Shown here piece after piece: positions 34,653-44,981 of a DNA stretch of 64,000 nt. Both the position numbers and the translations under genes were made by a program. This DNA comes from Prasinococcaceae sp. CCMP 1430 (Eukaryota > Plantae > Prasinodermophyta), in contig RQSC01000032.1 in assembly GCA_013416795.1 (NCBI GenBank), positions 124,001 through 188,000 on the forward strand, given 5' to 3'. The notes below the pieces were generated by a model that had not been told where the DNA came from, did not search any database, and was given only the letters and a program-made list of their open reading frames with translations. Each line of letters starts with the position of its first letter. The first letter of the stretch is position 1.

Positions 34653-34975
34653 CGACGACGACGGCGAGGCCGCGCGCGCGCGCGTTCGGCGGGCGGCCCC
34701 TCCCGCGCGCGCGCGCGCGCGAGATCGGTTCGAAAACCAGTTTCGAAATCCCTCCTCAGGACGGGCGCGCAGCGGGCACCGGCGGCATCAGGCCTGATCA
34801 CATACCATCCGATGGTACAGCATCAGATCAGGACAATGTATCCTGACCCTGAAAATAAAACCCATATTCGTGCTACGCAAAAGTTGCTTTCATCCATAAC
34901 CTCAAGCCCCTCAGCATGCACTGCGTACGAGTGATTGTGACGCTCTAGCTAGCCTACTGTAGTACTAGTCCTAGT

Positions 34976-37900
34976 CTACGAAAGGCCGCGGCGGGCGGGC
35001 GTGGCGGATGGGCGCCACAGCGCCCGAGCGAGCGCCAAGGCCAGGAGCACCGCTGAGGCGCCCGCCGCCGCGCACGCGAGCTCTCGCCGCCACCCTTCGC
35101 TCGTCCACTGCCGGTAGGCCAACGACACTGGCGCGGCGTACGCGTTGCGCACGGATTCGCCGTCGGTGATGCACGGCGTGCAGTCAGCGCGCAGCCTCGG
35201 CGCCCGCGCATCCTCATCGCGCTCGACCTGCCGAGCGACCTCATTGTCCCCGCCGGACGCCGCGAGCTCCTCGCACGCGTGCCGCAGCGCGCGCAGTAGG
35301 TACTCGATGTCGCCCGCGCTGACCACCATCGGCGGCTTCATCTTCAGCACGTTGTCGAAGGGTCCGTCGGTGGAGATGAGCACGCGCCAATCGCGCACCC
35401 GGCGCGCGATCCATGAGGCCCGAGCGGGCGCGGGCGTGTGCGCGCTCGCCCGGCCGTCGCGCGCTCGGCGCACCACCTCGAGGCCAACGAATAGGCCCCT
35501 GCCGCGCGCCTCTGCGAGGAAGTCGAAGCGTTCAGCAAGCTCGTGCAGGCCGGTGAGTAGCTCCAGGCCACGCTCGCGCGCGCGGTCCGAGAGGGCCTTG
35601 CGCTCGAGCGCATCGAGCGTCGCCGTGGCAGCTGCGGCAGCCGCGGGCGTGCCACCGAACGTGGCGAAGAACTCCATGCCAGTCGTGCCGAACGCGTCGG
35701 CTACAGCTCGAGTCGTCACAACCGCGCCGCATGGATAGCCATTGGCAATGGGTTTGCCGAGCGTCACGATATCGGGGGTCACCTCATGTTCCGAGAAGGC
35801 CCATGGCGTGGCACCGCCTGTCCGCCAGAAGCCGGTCTGAACCTCATCCACCACGCACAGCGAGCCACCCGCCCTGGCGAGCGCAAAAGCCTCGCGCAGG
35901 TATCCGGCAGGCAGCGGGATCTGACCACCGCAACCTAGTATGGCCTCCACCACGAAGGCAGCGGCGCCGCCGCCTAGCCCAGACCGACGCCGCTCGCAGG
36001 CGCGTTCGACGGCGCGCCTGACGGGCAACGCGTACGCGGTGCCCGAGGACTGCGGGCGGCGCAGCGGGTCCGGCGCCGCCACTTTGAGCACATGAGCAGG
36101 CTGCGCCCGACCACCGGGACCATCCTGCTTGTACGGCGATATCTCGATCAGGTCCTGTGTGTGGCCGTGGTAGGCTCCAGAGAGAACAATGACGTCCGTG
36201 CCTTCGCCCCCGTGCGTCGCTGCACGCGCCATCCGGAGCGCGAGGTCATTCGCTTCGGACCCCGACGTGACCATGTAGACCACGCACAACTCAGGCGGAA
36301 AGAGTGACGCCAAGCGAGCGCAGTAGTCAATCATTCCCTCGTGCAGGTATCGACTGTGAGGGCGCAAGCGTTCCTGCAGCGTCAGCGAAGCGACCCAGGA
36401 GGCGTGCATGCGCATCGATGGCGCTTGCGGGGAGTGCGGCAGCCAACGCACCTGTTGGAATTGAATCTGCGTAGCTGCTTGCACACGGCGGCGTCAATCG
36501 ACGGCTCGCAGTGGCCGCAGTGCGCGACGTTGTTGACCCTTCGAGCGAGATCGCGGCGAGGTGAGTCGTGTCAGCTCTGCGCACGTCTGTCGATGCGCGA
36601 GATAGCTATAGGGGAGCTCCAGGCGAGAGCACGCGCGCGCGGAGAGGCCCATGCATACCAATCGACGAGCAAAAGAGCAGGTGGTGCGAGCGCAAGACCG
36701 CTGATCACGCACATGTCAAGATATCGCAAACCTGCACTTGTGTAGAGGTACTGTCCGGCGCCGCGCGCCATGTGGAGCGCACCGGCGGCATCTGGGCCGC
36801 CCGAGCTACCCGACAGCGAAAGGTTCCGTCCGCAGTGGTCGTGCCGAAGCCGTGCGAGGTCCAGTGCGTTGGCGATGCGGGCGTCGCGGCTCTCCAAGCC
36901 GCTCGCACCCTGAGAGGCCTCCACGGACGTCGTGCTGGGCCGACGCGACGTGCGCGTGTGCGAGCGCTCTCGAGCGATTTCAAGAAGCTCAGCAGGTAGC
37001 GCTGGCACCCCGACCAGCCAATTTGAATCGGGATACACCGACAGGGCAATAGAGCATGTCTCGCGCTCGTGCTCGTTGTCGGCTGCTTCTTGTTCGAATG
37101 ACGAAATCGACGGCGGGACATCCGCACCGCTGCCGAGGAGCGAGAGGGCCAGCTGAATGCATACGCGTGGCACGTGGCCTCCGTTTCGGGCCGCGTTCGC
37201 ACAAGAGCCAAGCTCCTGGCCCGCTGCCAGCACCGTCCCCACCGATGCTGCGACATCCGCAACGCCGCCGTACACGCAGTAGAAATCGATTCCCAACGCG
37301 CGATGCCGCATCAGCACAGCCGGAGCGATTCCCAGCCTGTCGGTGCCTGAGACCGTCTCTACCACTTCGCCAGCCAGCGGACACACAACGCGAGTGCCGG
37401 CTGGCACATACAAGTCCATGCCGAGCCGACGCTCGCCGCCGTACGTGGAGCCATACGGGAGCACGAGCATGCTGCCGCCGGTGTTTGCGAGTGTCTTCTC
37501 GACAGCAGTGACTGAGCATATTGCGTCGCTGACGCCTCCTTCGAAGTCGTCACCATGCACGATCAGCTCGCGCGCGTTCAGGTCGGCCTCCGCGGCGTGC
37601 ACGATGGCTCGCAGCTCGCCGGTCTCTCGCAACGCGCTCAACGCGAGCCGGAGCTCCGCAGCCCGCGCGGCGAGGCCCGATGCCATACCCAGCGCAGCGC
37701 GCAGCGCGAGCGCACACGCCTGCGGCGTGTAGCGCTCGCGCGCCGCGTGCATGCGCACCAGCAGATCGCGTGCAGGCGCCTGCGATATCAACAGGTATTC
37801 GAGCTGTTCCGACTCCGCCAAGTCGGTGGACGTGGGCACGCCCGAATCCTCTTGGGTCGTCTTTGCCGGTGACGATGCAGGCGACGTCGCCGCACGATCG

Positions 37901-39132
37901 TACGCCTTCTGTGCGGCGGCGGCAGCATTCGCGGTGGACATAGCCAGCGATACGCACGCGCGCATCATGGCGAGCGGAAACATGATGTCGAGCTCCACCT
38001 CCATGAGCGTGAACGCCGAGTGGTAGCCCCTCACGAGCACGCAGGCTGCCCGCCACGGATCCGACGAGGCATGCTCGAACATCATTGCGTAAACACAGGC
38101 TATCGCACAGTCGTTGACGGTGTCTGTGACGCAGGCGTCCCCGTAATCAATGAGTGCCACTGCGCGCCCATCCCTGACTATGACGTTGTTCTCGTTCGCG
38201 TCGTTGTGCACCGCGCTTCGCCGAAGGCGCGCGCCTGACCGCTGCACGCTCTCGAGCGCGTCTGCGTGCAGGTCCATCGCCCACCCGCACGCGGCCTTCT
38301 CCTCGGCGGTGCGCAGCAGCCCCGCATATCGCGCGACCACGGTGCGCGCGCAGGATAGATCCCACGCAAAGCTGCCTCGCCGCGCGCCCTCATGATCGAA
38401 GGCCGCCTCGGTGAGTGCGGTGGTCACTTCACCCGCCGCGCGCCCCCAAGACTCGAGCAGCGCCATGCGCTCGCCGTCCAATGCGTGGTGCTGTTTGCGT
38501 TCCCTAGCGCTGTCGAGCGCGCGCGGGTAGGCGCTGCCCATCGTCTCCCCGGGGAGGAAGCTGACGCATCGCGCGAGATAGCCACCGACTCTCGCCACCC
38601 GGCGCTCCCGTGCAGAGTCCACACCGCTGCTCGTGCCCCAGCCGCGGTGGTCGGACGACACCCTCGGGCGCGGCGAAAATGCTACCGACTTCCGCAGCGA
38701 CGGAGGTGGGGTGGTTGCTGCAGCTCCAATCGCTGCCACCGGTGATCCTGCTGCCGCTGTGGCCACCGATGCGTGCTCGTGCTCGCTGACGAGTCCACTG
38801 CTGAGCCTCCGCCCGCGGGTGGCTGTGACTGCCGGCAGAGCGCGCGGCGCTTCGACGCCGGCCGCGCGCACCGCATCCTGTGCGCTGACCTCCATGTCCA
38901 CGGCGCGCGGGCTCTCGTAGTTGTTGCTGAGCTTGAGCAGCCAGCGCTCTCCTGCGCCATCGCTGAATAGCACGTTGAGGTCTCGCTCGGACGGAAGTGT
39001 AGTCGCCGACGCGGCCGCAGTCGCGGGCGTGCCAGGCAGGCCGAACGTCAGCAGCGCCGCCTTCGCCGCGTCGCCTGGGTCCAACGGCGGCACGCCGTGG
39101 CCCGGCCTGCCTTCCCACGCGGCGGATGACAT
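34976..39132 (-). CDS. APH/hydroxylysine kinase-like + degenerate M23-like + class III PLP-dependent enzyme fusion (about 1294 aa); introns 36539-36712 and 36354-36451
   Basis: LPSERDLN, HNDANENNV, LIDYGD; GMDLYVPAGTRVVCPLAGEV...NGGHVP; spliced RYLDM|VNNVAHCGH...NSNS|RYLH, SGSEANDLALR, DEVQTGF, DIVTLGKPIANG, KMKPP. Confidence 0.88.
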
Positions 39133-39423
39133 CCCCCGGCAGGGCCGCTCGCCATCCGCGGTGGGCAGCGCCGCGCCGCGCGAGTCCCTTCCCCTCACCA
39201 CCTACCCACCCGCGCCCCGCGATGAGGGGGGGGGGGGGAGGAGTAGCAACTAACTAGACTAGAGCAAGGCAAACGCGCGCGGCGCCCCTCAGGTGTGCCG
39301 GCGAAACGGTCTACTGAGCGCTCGGGCTGCTCGGCGCGCGCAGAGTGGTGCCCACAAATACAGTGGGCCTGGGCCGGGCGCAGACAATTAAACCCTATAC
39401 CAAACCCTAATTCGATGCCGCGT

Positions 39424-42400
39424 CTACGCCGAGGCCACCGCTTCAACCTGCGCCTTGAGGGCTAGCACGCGCCGCTCGACGGCCTCGCGCACCTCCAGGG
39501 TCGACTGCAGGCGCAGCTTGTCGCCCATCCACGCGGCTGCACTGCCCGAGGCAACTACGACTCCGCGTGGCCGCCTCGTCGCGACGGCGTCGGAGGCGTC
39601 GTCGCTGGCACAGGCGGGCGCGCCCGGGTCCGAGGTGGTGCTTCGTCGACAGGACGCCGCAGTCGCGCGGCGGCTCACCCGCCGCTGCAGTCGCTTCCCG
39701 AGGAGCTGCAGCTGCGCCACCTGCGCCAGCGCGTGCTCGCTTATCTCACTCGCCTCGGCGGGTGTGCGGGGGCGCGAGAGCGACGCGGACGAGCTCACCG
39801 ACGCCGGGCGCGAGCCCGAGCATGACACCGCGCCCCCCGCCTGCGCAGGGGTCACCGGCGCCAGCGGTACCAGTGCCGCACGGGCACGCTCGGCGGGGTC
39901 AAGCAACGGCGTGGGTGCACGATCCTTTTGTAGCCGGTCCTTGTCGGTCTGCTGCGCGCACCTCTGCCGTGACGGCGCCAGCTGAACCGATGCACGCGGA
40001 GTCGCACGGGCGCATGCGTCCTCCTCGCTGCTGGTATAAGGAGAGGAGCAGAGACCGGAAGAAGCAGTCCCCTCCGTCCTCGTAATGATCCCTTGCGAGC
40101 GCGGCGCGGGCTGAGACAAGAGTGCCCCTGTCGCCCTGGCGATGCCGGCACTCCTCGGCGCCTTGGAGCTCACCCATGATTTTGCGCTCCTCCTTGCGAG
40201 AGGCTGCGATGCGCTCGCGGCGGTGCGTTTGAGACTCGGCGTCCGCAGCAGCGCCCCCGAGCGAGGCGCATGACCCCACGGCGTGGCCTGCGTCAGCCGA
40301 GCCGCAGCCGACGCGGGTCGGACTGCGCGCGAGCGCGCGTATGGCGACGCTCGAGTAAGGCATGCAGCGACTGCGGCGTTCGCCGACGATCGCGCTCGAG
40401 CCAGGCCGCCTGCTGTCTTGCCCGCACTGGCAGCTGCCTTGACACCTTGGGATGCGCGTAGGCGTGGCGCGGCACTCGCCGGCCTGCGTGTTTGCCTCAG
40501 CTTGCGCAGCGCAGCGCGCGCGGCTTCCGGCATTGATGCGTCCTTGGGGGTCACCGAGCGTGCGGTCTCGTTCGCACCCTGCTGGGCGTCCTTTGATTCG
40601 CGCAGCACCCTGTCCTCCGCCGATGCCAGCATGTCACGCCACACGATATCAGCGGTCGACAGACTGAGTGTCTCTCGCTTGCAGTCCATCGAAGCGCACA
40701 CCGACGTGGTCGTCGGGCTGCGCTCGTCGCCGCCCTTTGCACGCGGGGATGGGGCAGTCTCAGCACAGCTTCCAGTGTCGACACTCTCTGCGCCCGCGTT
40801 CGTCTCGTTTATGCCGACAGCTGCGCGCGCATCTTTGTCCCGTTTGGAGCTCGATGCGTCCACGCCCGACTGCGAGCTCGTGTCCGAGTCCGATACTTGA
40901 TCTGGGTCCGAGGTCGGTCCCGCCGAGCTTGTGTCTATGCGCCTTCTCAAAGAGCTCGTAGCCACCGGAGACGTTGTCCTCACAGGCGAACCGAGCGCGG
41001 CGAATGCCTCGTCGATGATGCCGACGATGTGTTCTTCGCTCTCGGCCTCGGCCTGCGGCATGGCCGTCGCGACACGAGGGTCGCTCGCGGTGAGGCGTGG
41101 GCTGCTTGCCTTGCTTGCGGGGCTAGGCGCCGATGTGAAGGTTGTGGAAGGCAAAGCGGGTGAAGACGCTCGGCCGCCAGTGCGCGCCAGCAGCTCTCCA
41201 CGCGCACGGTTGACCTGCCCCCCTCGGAGCGCATCGCTGATGGTAGCAGAGGTGTCACCGTTGCTAGCGATGCCCTGCGGCGAGCCAGTGGCGTCTCGCT
41301 CTTGTAAGTCATTCTCCCCGCCCGCGTGGTCGGTGGTATTCCGCTGGTGCAGCTCGAGCTTAGATGGCGATGGCGATACCTGCGTGACTGACGGTGCCGA
41401 CGGGATCGCGATCACCTCCACGGGTGGCGATGGTGACCCGCCCACCTGTGGGGGGATGAGGGCTGGAGATTCGCTCTGTGCGGGCGGCCGTGTACGTGCA
41501 GTGCGCATGAGAAGCTCCCCTCTCGCACGATTGGGGCTCTCTCGCGCGCCCGCAGTGGGTGGGCCCGAGACATGCGACGCCGGCAGCGTCTCGCCAGTGG
41601 TGCTCTGATCGACGCTAGCGAAAACGCACATGTCGTCATCCGCATGAACGCAGCGCAGGCTGAGGACGCCGATGTGGGTACCACTCTGTGCTATCTCGAG
41701 AGGCAGCGACTCGCTCACTCCCGGCAGCGAGCACTCCGATCCCACAGTGGACGAGAGCGATGCCGGAGCACATGGCGTGGCCTCCTCGATGGATGATGAC
41801 AGCTGCGGCGCCTGTAGCTCGACGTGTTTCGATTCCAAATGCTGCGGATGCAGGATGCCTCGAGCATTCGTTCCCTCGTCGATCCCTTCGATATCAATCG
41901 TGACAGGGTTTCCCCCCCCACCGTGTGCGCTCTCGTCGTTCGCATGAGTGCACCCTTCATCCTGCTCCGACGTGTCGCTCGGCTCGGTGTCATCGGAATC
42001 GGAGGCGCTCGGCATCATTGCATCAGGCAGCAACTCGCGGCGCTGGAGCTCCTTCGCCGTGAGCGCTCCTGCAGCACGCAACAGCCTCCGTCGATGGCCA
42101 GGGGGTATGGACACTTCCGTGTAGCGCTCGACCTCAACGATGTCAGCGTCGCTGAAAACGGCCACATCGTCCATGATGTCGTATCCCGCCTTCAAGACCG
42201 CATCGACGAGGCCCGGCGCCACGCCGAAGCTGCGCAGGTGAGCGCGCACGGCCTCCGTCTCAGCTGGTGCCTCGTCAGAGGCGAGAGAGAGTCTTTGCGG
42301 CGCATCTTTGTGCGTCTCACGAGGTAGCACGTGTCCGCTCTCGCCTCCATCTCGCTGCCTGTCGATGTCGCTGAGCGTCGAGACGTCGTCGCACTTGGCG

Positions 42401-42945
42401 CTCGCCTCGACAGGTGCATTTTGGGCGGCCTCTCCCGAGTCCGGCGGCGGCGCGGCTTCGTGCGCGGCCTGAGGCTGCGGCTGCATCTCCGCGGTGCTGC
42501 TCTGTGGTACAGGTTCACCTATAGTCTCGAGCTGTCGAGGCACGTCATCGCCGCTGGCTGACACGTTCTCTAACTCTGCGGAGGCGCTGGTTCCGGCGGC
42601 CTCCTCATCCTCTGGTCGGTCGACCAACACGCAATCGTCGCCGGCGGATTTGGTGCTCTCAGACGCTTGCTCGCGAGTGTTGTTGTCCTCGCACCAATCG
42701 CTGGGTAGCACAAAGGTGGGAGCGACGGTCGTCGAGGAGGTACCCGCGTCAGTCTTTGAGCGCGCGCCGCATACACGCGCCGCCTCCTCGCTCGCTGCGG
42801 AGAGCGGCGATGACGGCGGCGGCAGTGGGAGAGGCAGGACTGCGGGGCCAGCAACACCCTCAGCCTCTCGTGAACGCGCTGGTAGCTGTGTAGCTGCTGC
42901 CATGCGGCGCTGCACCGCGTGCTGCTTCGAGCTGCATACCCCCAT
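39424..42945 (-). CDS. Large disordered protein with N-terminal MGxCxS acylation motif and a SAM-like domain
   Basis: MGVCSSK at ATG 42945; HLRSFGV...KAGYDIMDD...SIPPGHRRRLL (about 42070-42255); Ser/Pro/Ala-rich remainder. Confidence 0.6.
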   Translation of the reverse strand: MGVCSSKQHAVQRRMAAATQLPARSREAEGVAGPAVLPLPLPPPSSPLSAASEEAARVCGARSKTDAGTSSTTVAPTFVLPSDWCEDNNTREQASESTKSAGDDCVLVDRPEDEEAAGTSASAELENVSASGDDVPRQLETIGEPVPQSSTAEMQPQPQAAHEAAPPPDSGEAAQNAPVEASAKCDDVSTLSDIDRQRDGGESGHVLPRETHKDAPQRLSLASDEAPAETEAVRAHLRSFGVAPGLVDAVLKAGYDIMDDVAVFSDADIVEVERYTEVSIPPGHRRRLLRAAGALTAKELQRRELLPDAMMPSASDSDDTEPSDTSEQDEGCTHANDESAHGGGGNPVTIDIEGIDEGTNARGILHPQHLESKHVELQAPQLSSSIEEATPCAPASLSSTVGSECSLPGVSESLPLEIAQSGTHIGVLSLRCVHADDDMCVFASVDQSTTGETLPASHVSGPPTAGARESPNRARGELLMRTARTRPPAQSESPALIPPQVGGSPSPPVEVIAIPSAPSVTQVSPSPSKLELHQRNTTDHAGGENDLQERDATGSPQGIASNGDTSATISDALRGGQVNRARGELLARTGGRASSPALPSTTFTSAPSPASKASSPRLTASDPRVATAMPQAEAESEEHIVGIIDEAFAALGSPVRTTSPVATSSLRRRIDTSSAGPTSDPDQVSDSDTSSQSGVDASSSKRDKDARAAVGINETNAGAESVDTGSCAETAPSPRAKGGDERSPTTTSVCASMDCKRETLSLSTADIVWRDMLASAEDRVLRESKDAQQGANETARSVTPKDASMPEAARAALRKLRQTRRPASAAPRLRASQGVKAAASAGKTAGGLARARSSANAAVAACLTRASPYARSRAVRPASAAARLTQATPWGHAPRSGALLRTPSLKRTAASASQPLARRSAKSWVSSKAPRSAGIARATGALLSQPAPRSQGIITRTEGTASSGLCSSPYTSSEEDACARATPRASVQLAPSRQRCAQQTDKDRLQKDRAPTPLLDPAERARAALVPLAPVTPAQAGGAVSCSGSRPASVSSSASLSRPRTPAEASEISEHALAQVAQLQLLGKRLQRRVSRRATAASCRRSTTSDPGAPACASDDASDAVATRRPRGVVVASGSAAAWMGDKLRLQSTLEVREAVERRVLALKAQVEAVASA

Positions 42946-43045
42946 CGCGTCCGCGCGCCGCCGCGGGCTGCGCCTCGCACTGAGGCTTCGCCGACCTGCA
43001 GCAGCACACCCCGCACCGTCCGCGCCCACTCGCGCCATCCTCACT

Positions 43046-43322
43046 CAGGTTAATGTCGAAGAAGACGGGAAAGCCGTCAGCGAAGCCATCCATGGGCATG
43101 TAGTGGAAGGCGTACGGCACCTCCTTGGTGTTGAACAGCTTGGGGCAGAAAGGTTCGCGGTACCTCTCGCCACCCCGCGAGATGTTCGCGCCATATAGCG
43201 GGTAGAACTCGCTGGTCGGCGGCACGCCGTCCAGCTCCGCCTGGAAGGTACAGTTGTAGTAAATGGCTTTGCTCTCGTCGTTGTCGAGCTCGATGTTGTA
43301 CAGGTTGGTGCCGCGCTTGAAC
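43046..43322 (-). pseudogene. Orphan coding fragment, possibly polycystin-2 (PKD2)-like, bounded by a single N
   Basis: Strong C3 codon bias; FKRGTNLYNIELDND...PFCPKLFN...PYAFHY...DGFPVFFDINL resembles algal PKD2 extracellular region from memory; no start or end visible. Confidence 0.4.
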
Positions 43323-43362
43323 NCACCACTCACACTGCCCTTCCCACCGCTCAGGCTCCGCC

Positions 43363-44929
43363 ATGACGGCCTCCGCCGCCGCCGTGGACGCCCCGACGAA
43401 GCCACCCCCTGAGCGCGTAGTATCACTGTACAACGCCGCCACAGAAAGCCTGTTCTTGGTCGGCGCCGGCAAGACGCTCGTCGCTCGCAGCCACGGTTGC
43501 GACCACCCAGCGGCGGCGCGGCTGCGGCCGGTGGTGAGCAAGGCCAAGCTCGACCTGAACGCCGGCGCTGCGGAGATCGACGCCGAGGTGCGCGTCTTGG
43601 CCGCGCGGCAGGAGCAGCTCTACAAGGTGGACTCCGCCGTGGTGGAGGCGGCCAACCCAGCGCTCGTCATCATGCAGGTACGCTCAGCCACCCCCTGCAT
43701 GCTTCTCTTGGAGCCGATGCCGTTTCCTGCATGCTTGACTGACCCTGCACCTCCGTCTTCTCCGCAACCAATCCATGCAGAACCAATGCAGTGTGTGCGC
43801 TGTCACGCCCGGCATTGTCGATACCGACGCGCCAATGCTCGTGCTCAGGCCGAAGACCTTGGAGGGCGTGCTGGACGACGTGGAGCGCGTGGCGGCAGCA
43901 GTGGGCGCCCCAGCGCGCGGGGCAAAGCTGCGCAAGCGACTTGACCGTCGGCTGGCAGAGGTGCGCGCGGACGTGGCAGAGGTGGCGCGGGGCGTGGCGA
44001 TGAAACCGAGGGTCGCGCTCCTTGAGTGGTGCGCGCCGATCATGGGCTGCGCCGACTGGCTTCCCGAGATCGTGGAGCTGGCCGGGGGCGTGCCCGTGCA
44101 CGCTGCGGTTGACGGCAAGACGCCAACGCTGTGGGGCGGCGTGGAGGAGCTGCTGTCCACGCCTCTGGACGCGATTGTACTTGCGCTCTGTGGCTTCGAC
44201 GCATCGCGCGTGGCAAGGGAGCTGCGCCGCTGCCCAGAGCTGCTCGCAGCGCTGCGCGGCCTCGAAGCTAGCGGCGACACTGGCGTGTGGGTGACGGACG
44301 GTAGCAGCCTCTTCAACCGCAGCGGGCCGCGGGTGGTGGAGTCCGCGGAGGTGCTCGCGGAGGCACTCCACAACGGGCTGCTCGGGCACTACGGCCACGC
44401 CGGCACACCCTACCTCCTCTCGCTCGAGGAGACGCTCGCGCTGTATCCGCCGGAGGACGGCACGGACGTCCCTAGCGCAGCCGCTGCTGCTGACCCCACC
44501 CCCGCCCGCGCTGCCGCCGTCGCTGGCTCGGCCGTCGGCGTCGAGAGAGAGAAGGCGCCATCGCCGCCAAAGGGGAAAGAGGCTGCGCTGGAAGTTGTGC
44601 GAGCACAGCTCGCGTGCCTGCGGGTGGGTGGCGACGCCGGTGTGGAGGCAGCGTTCGCGCTTTGCAGCGCGGGGAACCAGGAGCGCCTGGGTGGCCCTGC
44701 GCAATTCGGCGCCGTCCTGCGTGGGCACTCCACCTTCGCTGCTCTGCTCGGCCCAGAGGCGGGGGAGGCAGAGGTGCTTGGAGCTACCATCACCGCCGGC
44801 TGCTCAGAAGTGTCCGTGCTGCTCGAGGTGGGCGATGGCGACCGGCATAGCCTGCTCTGGACGCTCGAGCGCGACGCTGCAGCGGGTGGCGGGTGGCGCA
44901 CCGCCGGCGTGGCTGAGGACTGCTCGTGA
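43363..44929 (+). CDS. BtuF/TroA-like (cobalamin/metal-chelate) binding protein fused to a DUF4864-like domain; intron 43678-43780
   Basis: RVVSLYNAATE, RSHGCDHP, MQ|NQCSVCAV, PRVALLEW, WLPEIVELAGG, VTDGSSLFNRSGPRVVESAEVLA; C-terminal VVRAQL...AAFALCSAG...F. Confidence 0.8.
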
Positions 44930-44981
44930 TAGCGTTAATTAGAACTTTAGGTCAAGGTGACCCTAAACCGCTTTTTTTGGT

